Made by a program: the position numbers and the translations under genes. The notes under the pieces are model-generated. The model was given only the letters and a program-made list of their open reading frames with translations. It was not told the origin of the DNA and searched no databases. From a virus: DNA of 64,000 bases. Below, in pieces: positions 1-7,584 of the stretch. The first letter of the stretch is position 1; each line of letters opens with the position of its first letter. The DNA lies in IMG/VR virus record IMGVR_UViG_3300035670_000102, positions 1-64,000 of that record; one strand, written 5' to 3'.

Positions 1-2
1 TT

Positions 3-272
3 CAGAAGGCAGAATATACTCGTCAAGTTGCAGTTCTTGAAGCACAAGCCAAGAAAGATTCTGCACAACAACTTGCTGATGCTGAGGTGATTCGTGCGCA
101 AGGTGTTGCCAAAGCAAACCAAATCATTGGCAATTCTTTGAAAGATAATCGTGAATACCTTCAATATCTTTATATCACTGGTCTGGAAGATGGTAGCAAG
201 AATGGTAATGTCACCATCTATGTTCCGACTGAAAATGGTATGCCCGTCCCTACTCTTCAAATGAATAAGTGA
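3..272 (+). CDS. C-terminal part of an SPFH/band-7 (prohibitin-like) protein, 5'-truncated by the window
   Basis: Frame 3 is open from the window start: AEYTRQVAVLEAQAKKDSA...IRAQGVAKANQIIGNSL...YLQYLYI...IYVPTE, a typical SPFH coiled-coil C-terminus. Confidence 0.65.
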   Translation, partial: QKAEYTRQVAVLEAQAKKDSAQQLADAEVIRAQGVAKANQIIGNSLKDNREYLQYLYITGLEDGSKNGNVTIYVPTENGMPVPTLQMNK

Positions 273-409
273 TGAAAAAGTATCTGATTGTTATGGTGAT
301 CGGTTTTGTTGTTGGATTTGTGCCGACAATAATGACAAGTCAAACAAATACAAACTATCAAAGCTCAACTGATCTTTGTACCAATTCATTAAATTGTAAT
401 GTGAAGTAA
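272..409 (+). CDS. Small hypothetical protein with hydrophobic N-terminus (45 aa)
   Basis: Translated by hand: MKKYLIVMVIGFVVGFVPTIMTSQ...; ATG overlaps the upstream TGA. Confidence 0.55.
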   Translation: MKKYLIVMVIGFVVGFVPTIMTSQTNTNYQSSTDLCTNSLNCNVK

Positions 410-410
410 A

Positions 411-560
411 ATGTTTAATTTCATTTCTGGAACTGTTTTTGGAATTATCGTTGCAACGATTGGGTTTGGTCCTATTGCAAAAACCCTGGATGGTGCAATG
501 TTCAATCTCCAAAAGACAACTGTAGAAATGAATCGTCCTCAACTTCCACCACCACAGTGA
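411..560 (+). CDS. Small hypothetical membrane protein (49 aa)
   Basis: MFNFISGTVFGIIVATIGFGPIAKTLDG...; starts 1 nt after the previous stop. Confidence 0.55.
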   Translation: MFNFISGTVFGIIVATIGFGPIAKTLDGAMFNLQKTTVEMNRPQLPPPQ

Positions 561-615
561 CAGTTGCAGAGCTGTCACTACACCCCTCTCCCTGCCCCTT
601 CAGTACCCCTATAAT
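557..615 (+). promoter_or_regulatory. Early promoter: palindrome GTGACAG-N8-CTGTCAC, 31 nt, TATAAT
   Basis: Perfect 7-bp inverted repeat at 557-578; TATAAT at 610-615; the same geometry recurs at several other sites. Confidence 0.75.
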
Positions 616-643
616 AAGAAGGTAATCAATCACCACATTACTC

Positions 644-805
644 ATGACTCGCTACGATGTGATCTGCCCCTCCGCTCCTTGGGAGAACACTACTACCGAT
701 GAGGATCGTGCCTGGGATCTGTGTCTTGATCTCTCTGAGGAGTATGGTTATGCTCAGGTTCGCCAGAATGGTATGATCATCGGAGAATACACCAACGGGC
801 AGTGA
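644..805 (+). CDS. Hypothetical early protein (53 aa)
   Basis: MTRYDVICPSAPWENTTTDEDRAWDLCLDLSEEYGYAQVRQNG...; directly after the promoter. Confidence 0.65.
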   Translation: MTRYDVICPSAPWENTTTDEDRAWDLCLDLSEEYGYAQVRQNGMIIGEYTNGQ

Positions 806-844
806 CCCGCGTGCTACAATTGACAAATCAACCAAATTACTTCC

Positions 845-1003
845 ATGATCACTGATACCGTTCAAGATCAACAAATCCGGCGCACCATTCAGAAATCAGT
901 TGAAGACATGCCACTTCGTCTTCTGAAGCGCATTGCTTATGAAGTGCGTTGTGATGAGATGGGTATTTTTTCCGACTCCTGGAAACTGTATCCTGAAGAC
1001 TGA
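845..1003 (+). CDS. Hypothetical early protein (52 aa)
   Basis: MITDTVQDQQIRRTIQKSVEDMPLRLLKRIAYEVR...; preceded by TG-C-TACAAT. Confidence 0.6.
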   Translation: MITDTVQDQQIRRTIQKSVEDMPLRLLKRIAYEVRCDEMGIFSDSWKLYPED

Positions 1004-1020
1004 AATTCTCCGTAAAACCA

Positions 1021-1191
1021 ATGAACTCTGAACTCTACAATCGCTCTGACCTGCACCAGTATTATGCAGAGAAGCAACGTGATCTTCCTGGTCCTGCGAC
1101 TTCGTATGAAGTTCCTGCTAGCATGAAGGAACGCTTTGCAACTTATGAAGAGTATCAAGAAGCACTGCACGACTTTCTGAACGGTATCTGA
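1021..1191 (+). CDS. Hypothetical early protein (56 aa)
   Basis: MNSELYNRSDLHQYYAEKQRDLPG...; tiles between its neighbours. Confidence 0.6.
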   Translation: MNSELYNRSDLHQYYAEKQRDLPGPATSYEVPASMKERFATYEEYQEALHDFLNGI

Positions 1192-1192
1192 A

Positions 1193-1408
1193 ATGAATCT
1201 CTACATCATTAACAACATTTTGTCTGATTATAGCAGTGGTATGATTGTAATCGCTGCTGAATCAAAAGAACATTGTCGCGAATTGTTTATCAAAGAGTTT
1301 CCTGGTGACTGGTATGCTGGTGAGTTTGATGAGTATGCAACATTCACGATTATTGAAGGTGTGAATCATGATGCTGGTGTAATTGATTATGTGTATGGGG
1401 GAAGTTGA
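1193..1408 (+). CDS. Hypothetical protein (71 aa)
   Basis: ORF track; tight packing with neighbours. Confidence 0.7.
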   Translation: MNLYIINNILSDYSSGMIVIAAESKEHCRELFIKEFPGDWYAGEFDEYATFTIIEGVNHDAGVIDYVYGGS

Positions 1409-1409
1409 A

Positions 1410-1601
1410 ATGATGCAAGAACAACTGATTGCCACAATCGAACAACGATTGGAAGATCTCATGGTCTATGATGAAGATCTTGCATATCAGTATGATTGTG
1501 ATTTGTATTATGCTGATAATATGGATCAACCAATTGTAGAATTATTCACACCACAGCTTCTTCAAGAAATCGAACATCACATTGAAAAACTTGATCAATG
1601 A
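1410..1601 (+). CDS. Acidic hypothetical protein (63 aa)
   Basis: ORF 1383..1601 re-started at ATG 1410, just after the upstream stop. Confidence 0.65.
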   Translation: MMQEQLIATIEQRLEDLMVYDEDLAYQYDCDLYYADNMDQPIVELFTPQLLQEIEHHIEKLDQ

Positions 1602-1936
1602 AATTGACGAAAACACTTTTTAGTCTGTCATTCTTAGTTGCACTGTCATTTCCTTCACAGGTAAATGCTCAGTATTATCAACAAGTGTGTTATGGTAAGG
1701 TATATGTTCCAGAAGGATATGATCGCTATGGAAACTATCACAGTGGTTATTATGCTGAGCGTGAGGTTCCTTGTAATGTTCCTCAACCCAGAGCCTATTG
1801 TGATCCTTCAAGAACGTTCTTAGGTGCTATATTGGGTGGAGGAGTCGCAGCAAGTATGAGTCGTGGTGATGGATATAGATGGTCTGTTCCCCTAGGCGCC
1901 TTCATCGGTGGCGCTGGTTTTGGTTGTAATTATTGA
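1598..1936 (+). CDS. Secreted/membrane protein with signal peptide and glycine-zipper C-terminus
   Basis: MKLTKTLFSLSFLVALSFPSQVNA signal; LGAILGGGVAA...LGAFIGGAG. Confidence 0.7.
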   Translation: MKLTKTLFSLSFLVALSFPSQVNAQYYQQVCYGKVYVPEGYDRYGNYHSGYYAEREVPCNVPQPRAYCDPSRTFLGAILGGGVAASMSRGDGYRWSVPLGAFIGGAGFGCNY

Positions 1937-1937
1937 A

Positions 1938-2825
1938 ATGAAAAACCTTCATCTTGAACATCCAGAAGACACAATCTTCACAGGTGATCTTTCTATTCTG
2001 AATTGGTTGAGTGCTGATTCAAAAATCAGTATTAAGATGGATGGATCTCCTGCAATCGTATGGGGAACAAATCCTGCAACTGGTAAATTCTTTGTTGGGA
2101 CAAAATCAGTCTTTAATAAAGTTAAAATCAAAATCAATCATTCTCATGAAGAAATTGATGCGAATCATGAAGGCAAAGTTGCAGATGTTTTGCACGTTGC
2201 TTTTGATTGTTTACCTCGCATCTCTGGTATCATTCAAGGTGATTTTCTTGGTTTTGGTGGTTCTGACACTTATTCTCCTAACACAATCACTTACAAGTTC
2301 CCGCAGATCATAACACAAGACATTTTAGTCGCGCCTCATACTTGTTATGATGCCGAATATGATTTACGTGATGCTGTTGCTCATACACTTGATCAACAAT
2401 TGAAGACAACTGAATCAGTAAAGTGGATTCAACCAAAAGCATATCTTAAACCTCATCGTGAAGATATCGAAGATGTATGTAAGTTTGCCAAACAAATGGC
2501 AATGACATGTACGTTTGTATCTGTGAAGGAATCGAACGAAATTAAAAAACAAATCAATCATCATATTCGCAATCAAGAAGAGATTGTTGAAGAAAACTTC
2601 TCATGTGATTCTAATTTAATTCGTCTTTGGAAATTAATTGAATCTATCAAGTTAGATTTGATGGAGTGTTTTATACTGTGTGATGATAGTGTACAGTGTA
2701 TGATTGGTAATGAGTCTGTATCTCATGAAGGTTATGTCATGACTAATGATTGTGGTATGCACAAGCTTGTCAATCGGCGCATTTTCAGCTATTATAACTT
2801 TGTACTTCCAAAAAACTGGTCATGA
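1938..2825 (+). CDS. DUF6267-like protein, ATP-dependent ligase-type nucleotidyltransferase fold
   Basis: MKNLHLEHPED...KMDGSPAIVWG...FFVGTKSVFNK...QGD...EGYV...KLV resemble ligase motifs I, III, IV and V; start moved to ATG 1938. Confidence 0.65.
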   Translation: MKNLHLEHPEDTIFTGDLSILNWLSADSKISIKMDGSPAIVWGTNPATGKFFVGTKSVFNKVKIKINHSHEEIDANHEGKVADVLHVAFDCLPRISGIIQGDFLGFGGSDTYSPNTITYKFPQIITQDILVAPHTCYDAEYDLRDAVAHTLDQQLKTTESVKWIQPKAYLKPHREDIEDVCKFAKQMAMTCTFVSVKESNEIKKQINHHIRNQEEIVEENFSCDSNLIRLWKLIESIKLDLMECFILCDDSVQCMIGNESVSHEGYVMTNDCGMHKLVNRRIFSYYNFVLPKNWS

Positions 2826-3022
2826 CTGAACGAGCACAAAATGTAATGAATGCTATCTGGGAATCAAGAAACTCTGGTGCAGATACAGAGAATAAATTGA
2901 TTGCATCCACACTGCGTATTGTATCTGAAAGTATTGTTCATTATCAAGCTCAAAATAATATGATTGTACTTGATAAGAATGATCTTTTAAGTCTTGCATC
3001 TGAAATCGAATCATTAGAATAA
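2822..3022 (+). CDS. Hypothetical protein (66 aa)
   Basis: ORF track; ATGA overlap with the upstream gene. Confidence 0.65.
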   Translation: MTERAQNVMNAIWESRNSGADTENKLIASTLRIVSESIVHYQAQNNMIVLDKNDLLSLASEIESLE

Positions 3023-3025
3023 ATA
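3018..3025 (+). promoter_or_regulatory. T4-type late promoter (AATAAATA)
   Basis: NATAAATA 21 nt upstream of ATG 3047. Confidence 0.55.
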
Positions 3026-3046
3026 GCATAAAAAGATTCTGTTCAG

Positions 3047-4306
3047 ATGAAGTCATATTCTCAGTTTATTGACGAGGCACTTTTACCATCTCTGATTAAG
3101 GCAGTAGCAAGATCTACATTTCGAAATAAAGGATTGATATCAAAAGTTGCATCATTAGAAGCAAAACCCATTGCTAAAACTACTTCAAAAATAATTTCAA
3201 AACCAGCAAAAATCACTGGATTTCAAACTGCAAGAGGATCCAAATATACCTATAAACCACAAACAAAATCCTGGCCCCAAACACAAAGAACGGCACTAAA
3301 AGATCCTTATCATCCTACAGCACCTGGAGTTAAACAAAAGTCTGACTACACAATGTTTACAACTCCTGATGCATCAATGGTGATGAGACAGAGATTTGTA
3401 TCAGGATCAAAAGAACCATTCTATCAAGGATTGCCACAATCTACAAAACCTAAAGTAGGAAGAGCACCAGTTGAGGTATGGAATCAATATGCAGAAAAAG
3501 GTGGAAAACAAGCAATACACCCTGGTAGTCCAATCACTGATATTCAAACAGCAACACCAGGTAGTGGTGTAGGATTATATAGAGCACAAAGAAAAGAAAT
3601 CAAAGATAGAGTGAAAACGGCACTTCAAAAATCAGCAAATAAAAAACAACTGAAGAAAGAATTAGGTATTAAACCTATAGAAGATTCTAAACCTTTCACG
3701 TCATATCGTAATGTTGGTGTAGGAAGAAAAGAGAGTGTAAGAGAACAAAGAAGTTTTTTGTTGTTCATCACCGAAGCAAAAAGAAGAATGAGAGTTCTTC
3801 GCACGGCACATTATACGACTGCATCAAATAAAGAAAACATTCTAAGATCAGGATTTAAAGATTCACCATCTACTGGTACATATCATCCTGATGAAAGAAA
3901 AGATATTGTTTATACGACACCATCATCCAGAGTCGGATCTGATTACAGTACGTCCAGAGTCAATTTAAAAATCGTTAATCCAAATGTTACAAGTACTGAT
4001 TCACCTAGAGATTTCGGACCAAAGATTCGTCAATGGATGGCATCTGCATCTGATGAAGAGATTGCAAATAAGGAGGGTAAGCCAATCAGTGCTCCTGATC
4101 AGGCAAAGTCAGCATTTAAGAGAGGAGACAAAGTTGTAAGAGTACCAGATGCTCATGGTGGGTTTGTACCTAAAGAAGGGCAACCAAGAGGATCTTATAT
4201 TGTGGTAGATAAAGAGACTGCAAATAAATCCATTGATAAGAATCCATCTCCCACAGTTAGAGCAAAGAATAAAGAAAGAAGAACCAAAACTTCACCAAAG
4301 AATTAA
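3047..4306 (+). CDS. Basic putative internal head protein with capsid-targeting N-terminus and C-terminal ADP-ribosyltransferase-like domain
   Basis: MKSYSQFIDEA resembles the T4 IP CTS (MKTYQEFIAE); AHYTT...NILRSGF...GTY...VYTT...Y resembles HY-type ART/Tpt1 motifs; late promoter upstream. Confidence 0.55.
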   Translation: MKSYSQFIDEALLPSLIKAVARSTFRNKGLISKVASLEAKPIAKTTSKIISKPAKITGFQTARGSKYTYKPQTKSWPQTQRTALKDPYHPTAPGVKQKSDYTMFTTPDASMVMRQRFVSGSKEPFYQGLPQSTKPKVGRAPVEVWNQYAEKGGKQAIHPGSPITDIQTATPGSGVGLYRAQRKEIKDRVKTALQKSANKKQLKKELGIKPIEDSKPFTSYRNVGVGRKESVREQRSFLLFITEAKRRMRVLRTAHYTTASNKENILRSGFKDSPSTGTYHPDERKDIVYTTPSSRVGSDYSTSRVNLKIVNPNVTSTDSPRDFGPKIRQWMASASDEEIANKEGKPISAPDQAKSAFKRGDKVVRVPDAHGGFVPKEGQPRGSYIVVDKETANKSIDKNPSPTVRAKNKERRTKTSPKN

Positions 4307-4403
4307 ATTTTAATAATTTATTAATTAAAAATATATTAAAAAACATATAGTAGTGTTTTGTTTGAATGCATAATGTTAGTGTTATATGGTGTTATTATGT
4401 GTC

Positions 4404-4462
4404 TAAACCTCTCCTGGTCTCTTATAAACCCCTCCTGGTCTCTTATAAACCCCTCCTGGTCT
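4404..4462. repeat. Three tandem 21-bp direct repeats TAAACC(T/C)CTCCTGGTCTCTTA next to an AT-rich tract
   Basis: Copies start at 4404, 4425 and 4446 (third partial); AT-rich 4300-4400. Confidence 0.9.
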
Positions 4463-4475
4463 TGTGAGTTTAGCG

Positions 4476-4504
4476 AGCGTATCATAAGAAGTGCAGTTTG
4501 TCAA
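4476..4504 (-). promoter_or_regulatory. Leftward sigma70-type promoter TTGACA-17-TACGCT with extended TG
   Basis: The reverse complement reads ttgaca aactgcacttcttatga tacgct. Confidence 0.55.
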
Positions 4505-4614
4505 GCCCCAGGACACCAAAAAAACTGGCACAAGGCGTTGAGACAATCATAAAATCATATAATGCTAACATTATATTACATTTTTACATTATAAGACCTA
4601 TATAATCTTATAAA

Positions 4615-4696
4615 AATCTCGACGAGATTGCAGATACTTGCATCTAGTCGAGATTCATGCTATAATCACACAGTTCTCATAGGATCTCGACGAGTT
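4615..4696 (+). promoter_or_regulatory. Promoter TTGCAT-17-TATAAT bracketed by three ATCT(C/A)GWCGAG(A/T)T palindromes
   Basis: -35 at 4638-4643, -10 at 4661-4666; palindromes at 4615-4629, 4642-4654 and 4684-4696. Confidence 0.7.
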
Positions 4697-4840
4697 ATGT
4701 ACGACGACTACAATCTCGACTATACATACGCAACAGATTATTCATACGATCTCGACGAGGATTATGCACAAGATCTCGACGAGGATTATGCACGAGATGG
4801 GCAAGATTATGAATCACTTGCTTATCGCCATTATGCATGA
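4697..4840 (+). CDS. Very acidic, Tyr-rich peptide (47 aa)
   Basis: MYDDYNLDYTYATDYSYDLDEDYAQDLDEDYARDGQDYESLAYRHYA; downstream of a consensus promoter. Confidence 0.6.
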   Translation: MYDDYNLDYTYATDYSYDLDEDYAQDLDEDYARDGQDYESLAYRHYA

Positions 4841-4870
4841 TATAATCTAGAACACATCGCAACGAGAATC

Positions 4871-5029
4871 ATGTTAGCACAGAAGCGCCTGGTACAAGTT
4901 ACATTAGATATCGAGTGTTATGATGACCTCGATCTAGAGTCTATGGATTGGAAAGACCTTTTGGAGTTAGAGGGTGATGAAAAAGTGCATGTGCATATTA
5001 AAGATAAATACTTTGATCCATTCGCCTGA
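4871..5029 (+). CDS. Hypothetical acidic protein (52 aa)
   Basis: MLAQKRLVQVTLDIECYDDLDLESMDWKDLLELEGDEKVHVHIKD... Confidence 0.6.
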   Translation: MLAQKRLVQVTLDIECYDDLDLESMDWKDLLELEGDEKVHVHIKDKYFDPFA

Positions 5030-5038
5030 TTATAATAC

Positions 5039-5296
5039 ATGAAATTCTACGTGGATGAGAAGTGGGTTTACTTCGTTAAAGAATATTTAAATTCTGATAG
5101 TACAACCCAGTATATCCTGCATAAGACTCAATTAGATTCTTATGGTTTCTTCAATACAGCTAACTCGATTCCAATTAATGATATTTTTATGGAATCGCAA
5201 AATATGAATGACTTCAACAATTTGAAGCGTCTTCAGGATCTGCTTATGCCAAAATCCAAACTGTCACAAGACGGCATCCAGCTCACGCTCTTCTGA
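5039..5296 (+). CDS. Hypothetical protein (85 aa)
   Basis: ORF track. Confidence 0.6.
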   Translation: MKFYVDEKWVYFVKEYLNSDSTTQYILHKTQLDSYGFFNTANSIPINDIFMESQNMNDFNNLKRLQDLLMPKSKLSQDGIQLTLF

Positions 5297-5304
5297 CGTA
5301 CATT
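5261..5304 (+). promoter_or_regulatory. Early promoter: CTGTCAC half-site, 31 nt, TACATT
   Basis: Same spacing as the promoter at 557-615. Confidence 0.55.
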
Positions 5305-5329
5305 TGGCATGTTCAACACCTGAACTGTC

Positions 5330-5497
5330 ATGTCGGTTTACACTGAGAACGGTTACGCCAATCGCAAAGAGTACCTGAACGAACTTCGGGATGAGTACGG
5401 TGCAGATCTGGTCAACACCCTGATCACGGTGCTTCCTGCCAGCGAAGACTTCGACGGTCTGATCTGTGCTCTGGAAGATGCAATGGACGGTTATTGA
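5330..5497 (+). CDS. Phage hypothetical protein (55 aa)
   Basis: MSVYTENGYANRKEYLNELRDEYG...SEDFDGLICALED; translated by hand. Confidence 0.7.
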   Translation: MSVYTENGYANRKEYLNELRDEYGADLVNTLITVLPASEDFDGLICALEDAMDGY

Positions 5498-5542
5498 ACT
5501 GTCCACCAGGGGGTTGCGGATTCCGTGATCCCCTGCCATACT
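5484..5542 (+). promoter_or_regulatory. Early promoter: TGGACGG-N8-CTGTCCA, TTGCGG-17-CATACT
   Basis: Palindrome ends at 5505; -10 at 5537 (31-nt gap). Confidence 0.7.
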
Positions 5543-5565
5543 GAACTCGTTCACCACTCAACACC

Positions 5566-6033
5566 ATGGGAACTCGCTCACGCATCGGTATTGAAATGCC
5601 TGACCACACTGTGGTTAGCGTCTACTGCCACTGGGATGGTTATGTATCCCACAATGGTAAGATTCTGGTAGAACACTATCAGAACCGTGAAGATGTACAA
5701 GAACTCATCGACGGTGGATCTATGAGTCATCTGCGTACTCGTGGAAGTTGGAATCATGATATTCCCCTCCGTGATGAGAACGGAGAGTATGTTCATGATG
5801 CTGCAGGTTATCTTACCTATGAGAATGATCGTGAACCTCAACCACTCTATCATTCAGAACGTGGTGAGGAAGTTAGCGTTCAACATACCAGTTTCGATGA
5901 GTTTGTTTCTGGAAATCTTGGTGGTGAAGAGTATGCTTACCTCTTCGACCTGAATGATAACTGGAAAGCTTTCAAGATCAACTGGAAGGGACCTGTGGAG
6001 CGTGTTGAGATCCCAAACTATGTGACAGCCTAG
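5566..6033 (+). CDS. Conserved phage hypothetical protein (YCHWDGY family)
   Basis: MGTRSRIG...SVYCHWDGY...G..L..HY...EEYAYLF pattern, common in phage early regions. Confidence 0.8.
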   Translation: MGTRSRIGIEMPDHTVVSVYCHWDGYVSHNGKILVEHYQNREDVQELIDGGSMSHLRTRGSWNHDIPLRDENGEYVHDAAGYLTYENDREPQPLYHSERGEEVSVQHTSFDEFVSGNLGGEEYAYLFDLNDNWKAFKINWKGPVERVEIPNYVTA

Positions 6034-6080
6034 GAACTGGAACACAGGGGCATCAGAGGAGATCCTGGTGCCCTTAGAAT
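6022..6080 (+). promoter_or_regulatory. Early promoter: GTGACAG-N8-CTGGAAC, 31 nt, TAGAAT
   Basis: Geometry identical to the other copies. Confidence 0.65.
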
Positions 6081-6103
6081 GAACAAGTCAACCAATCAAA
6101 CTC

Positions 6104-6367
6104 ATGAGAACTCCAAAGGTTGCTGACTTCTCAAATGTTCATGCTACAGAAAAAGCATTGAACTACATCAAGATCGTTAATTTTGCAAGAGCTCGTGGAA
6201 TGTCCTATAGTGATCTTTCGGAAGCTCTAGATCTCAGTGAGCGAACTGTTCGCAGATACTATTGGGGAATCCATAGTATCAATGAGTTTCCTAGAAAGAG
6301 TCGGGAACAGGTTAGAATTGGTGCTTCTGTTCCAATTCATCTAGCACGACCTGGATTCAAACTGTGA
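6104..6367 (+). CDS. Helix-turn-helix DNA-binding protein
   Basis: RARGMSYSDLSEALDLSERTVRRY is a classic HTH pattern. Confidence 0.75.
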   Translation: MRTPKVADFSNVHATEKALNYIKIVNFARARGMSYSDLSEALDLSERTVRRYYWGIHSINEFPRKSREQVRIGASVPIHLARPGFKL

Positions 6368-6404
6368 TATAATGGGAGCGGTAGTTCGCCTAACTCCCAA
6401 ACCT

Positions 6405-6489
6405 GGGGCGGTGGTGGAATCGGTAGACACACCAGACTTAAAATCTGTTGGGCATTACGCCCGTGAGAGTTCAAGTCTCTCTCGCCCTA
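6405..6489 (+). tRNA. trnL: tRNA-Leu(UAA), long variable arm, no encoded CCA
   Basis: Acceptor GGGGCGG/TCGCCCT+A, D arm TGGTGGAATCGGTAGACAC, anticodon loop CTTAAAA, variable arm GGGC-ATTAC-GCCC, T arm GAGAG-TTCAAGT-CTCTC. Confidence 0.95.
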
Positions 6490-6533
6490 TTGGCACAATT
6501 CTGTGCCATTTGTCCACTTTGTTACTATAAAAC

Positions 6534-6761
6534 ATGACTCGTCAATTTGATGTGAACTCCTCTGCAATTTCTGCTCTGAGCATGAATGAGGATCTGGTGA
6601 CTGTCACCTTTTCATCTAACGGCAAAGAGTATAGCTACCGTGCTCAAGATCCTGGAACCTTTGTTGCTGATCTGGAGCAGGTGATCGCTGATCCTGAGGG
6701 TTCTGTGGGTCGGTTTGTCAATCAGGCAATCCGCACCGACAAGACCCTTGTGGAGGTCTGA
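6534..6761 (+). CDS. KTSC-domain-like protein
   Basis: VNSSAISAL...LVTVTFSSNGKEYSY...GSVGRFVNQAIR matches the KTSC pattern. Confidence 0.7.
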   Translation: MTRQFDVNSSAISALSMNEDLVTVTFSSNGKEYSYRAQDPGTFVADLEQVIADPEGSVGRFVNQAIRTDKTLVEV

Positions 6762-6764
6762 CAA

Positions 6765-6808
6765 CTGGCACAGGGAGGGTTTCTGACCCTCCCTCTTCTT
6801 GGTATTCT
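6765..6808 (+). promoter_or_regulatory. Early promoter: CTGGCAC, 31 nt containing a terminator-like hairpin, TATTCT
   Basis: Half-site 6765-6771; hairpin AGGGAGGGT/ACCCTCCCT; -10 at 6803. Confidence 0.6.
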
Positions 6809-6832
6809 ACGTTTGTCCCTGAGACACATCCT

Positions 6833-6979
6833 ATGGACTTCGACACTGATTTCTGGTCTGAGATTCAAGATGCTCCTGGTGAGATCTTCGACATTCCTGA
6901 ACTTCGTGAACTTGATGAAGACTATCAGAATGATGAAGCAACTTGGAACGCATTTCTTAACAGCAACTGGGACTTCTAA
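6833..6979 (+). CDS. Acidic hypothetical protein (48 aa)
   Basis: MDFDTDFWSEIQDAPGEIFDIPELRELDEDYQNDEATWNAFLNSNWDF; first of a stop/start-coupled chain. Confidence 0.65.
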   Translation: MDFDTDFWSEIQDAPGEIFDIPELRELDEDYQNDEATWNAFLNSNWDF

Positions 6980-7131
6980 TGATGACACTGACTTCTCTGA
7001 CTTTTGAGGAACTGGATGCAATTCTGGCACTCATTGAGTTTCATGATGATTGGGACGAAGTGAGTGAGAAACTGAATGTAGATGTTTCTGCACTCTATGA
7101 AAAACTCTCTGAAATGAGGGATGAAGTATGA
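6979..7131 (+). CDS. Acidic hypothetical protein (50 aa)
   Basis: MMTLTSLTFEELDAILALIEFHDDWDEV...; TAATG coupling. Confidence 0.65.
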   Translation: MMTLTSLTFEELDAILALIEFHDDWDEVSEKLNVDVSALYEKLSEMRDEV

Positions 7132-7262
7132 TTACTGCAATCGTGGGTGGCGTGATTCTCGCCACCTTTGGCATCATGTTCTACCTTGATGATCGTATGG
7201 GTGGCGGTCTTTATGATCCCGACCCTACTGCTTTTGACCGTTATCGGAGAAATCGCAAATGA
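7128..7262 (+). CDS. Single-TM small protein (44 aa)
   Basis: MITAIVGGVILATFGIMFYLDDRMGGG...; ATGA coupling. Confidence 0.6.
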   Translation: MITAIVGGVILATFGIMFYLDDRMGGGLYDPDPTAFDRYRRNRK

Positions 7263-7387
7263 TGCCTGACACTTACAACTTCGCTGGCGACACTGTGACA
7301 GTTCTCGGACTGGTCGGTGTCATCTCCACTGGCATCATCCTGGTGCTATGCTTCACTCGTTACTTCAATTCTCCTCTTCGGAAATGA
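7259..7387 (+). CDS. Single-TM small protein (42 aa)
   Basis: MMPDTYNFAGDTVTVLGLVGVISTGIILVLCFTRYFNSPLRK; ATGA coupling. Confidence 0.65.
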   Translation: MMPDTYNFAGDTVTVLGLVGVISTGIILVLCFTRYFNSPLRK

Positions 7388-7584
7388 TCTTCCAAGTTAC
7401 TGACATTGAGTTTGACTTTGAGTCTGATGATGAGGAACTCGATGCTTTCAATCGTGGTATCATCACAGATGAAACCATCGGTCAAATCTGGGAGGCAGAT
7501 GATGAGGAAGATCTAATCGAAGAGATCACATGCGCTACAGGTTGGTGCATCAAATCCATTGATTATCGTCACATTCTCTCATGA
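7384..7584 (+). CDS. Acidic hypothetical protein (66 aa)
   Basis: MIFQVTDIEFDF...EDLIEEITCATGWCIKSIDY; start moved to the coupled ATG 7384. Confidence 0.7.
   Translation: MIFQVTDIEFDFESDDEELDAFNRGIITDETIGQIWEADDEEDLIEEITCATGWCIKSIDYRHILS

Noticed and set aside
4358-4552. 64-aa ORF with SWSLINP repeats
   Set aside because: TTG start, no RBS; the peptide repeat just reflects the 21-bp DNA repeats and the ORF runs over promoter elements
6405-6489. Group I intron in tRNA-Leu(UAA), as in many cyanobacteria
   Set aside because: The anticodon loop is intact and uninterrupted
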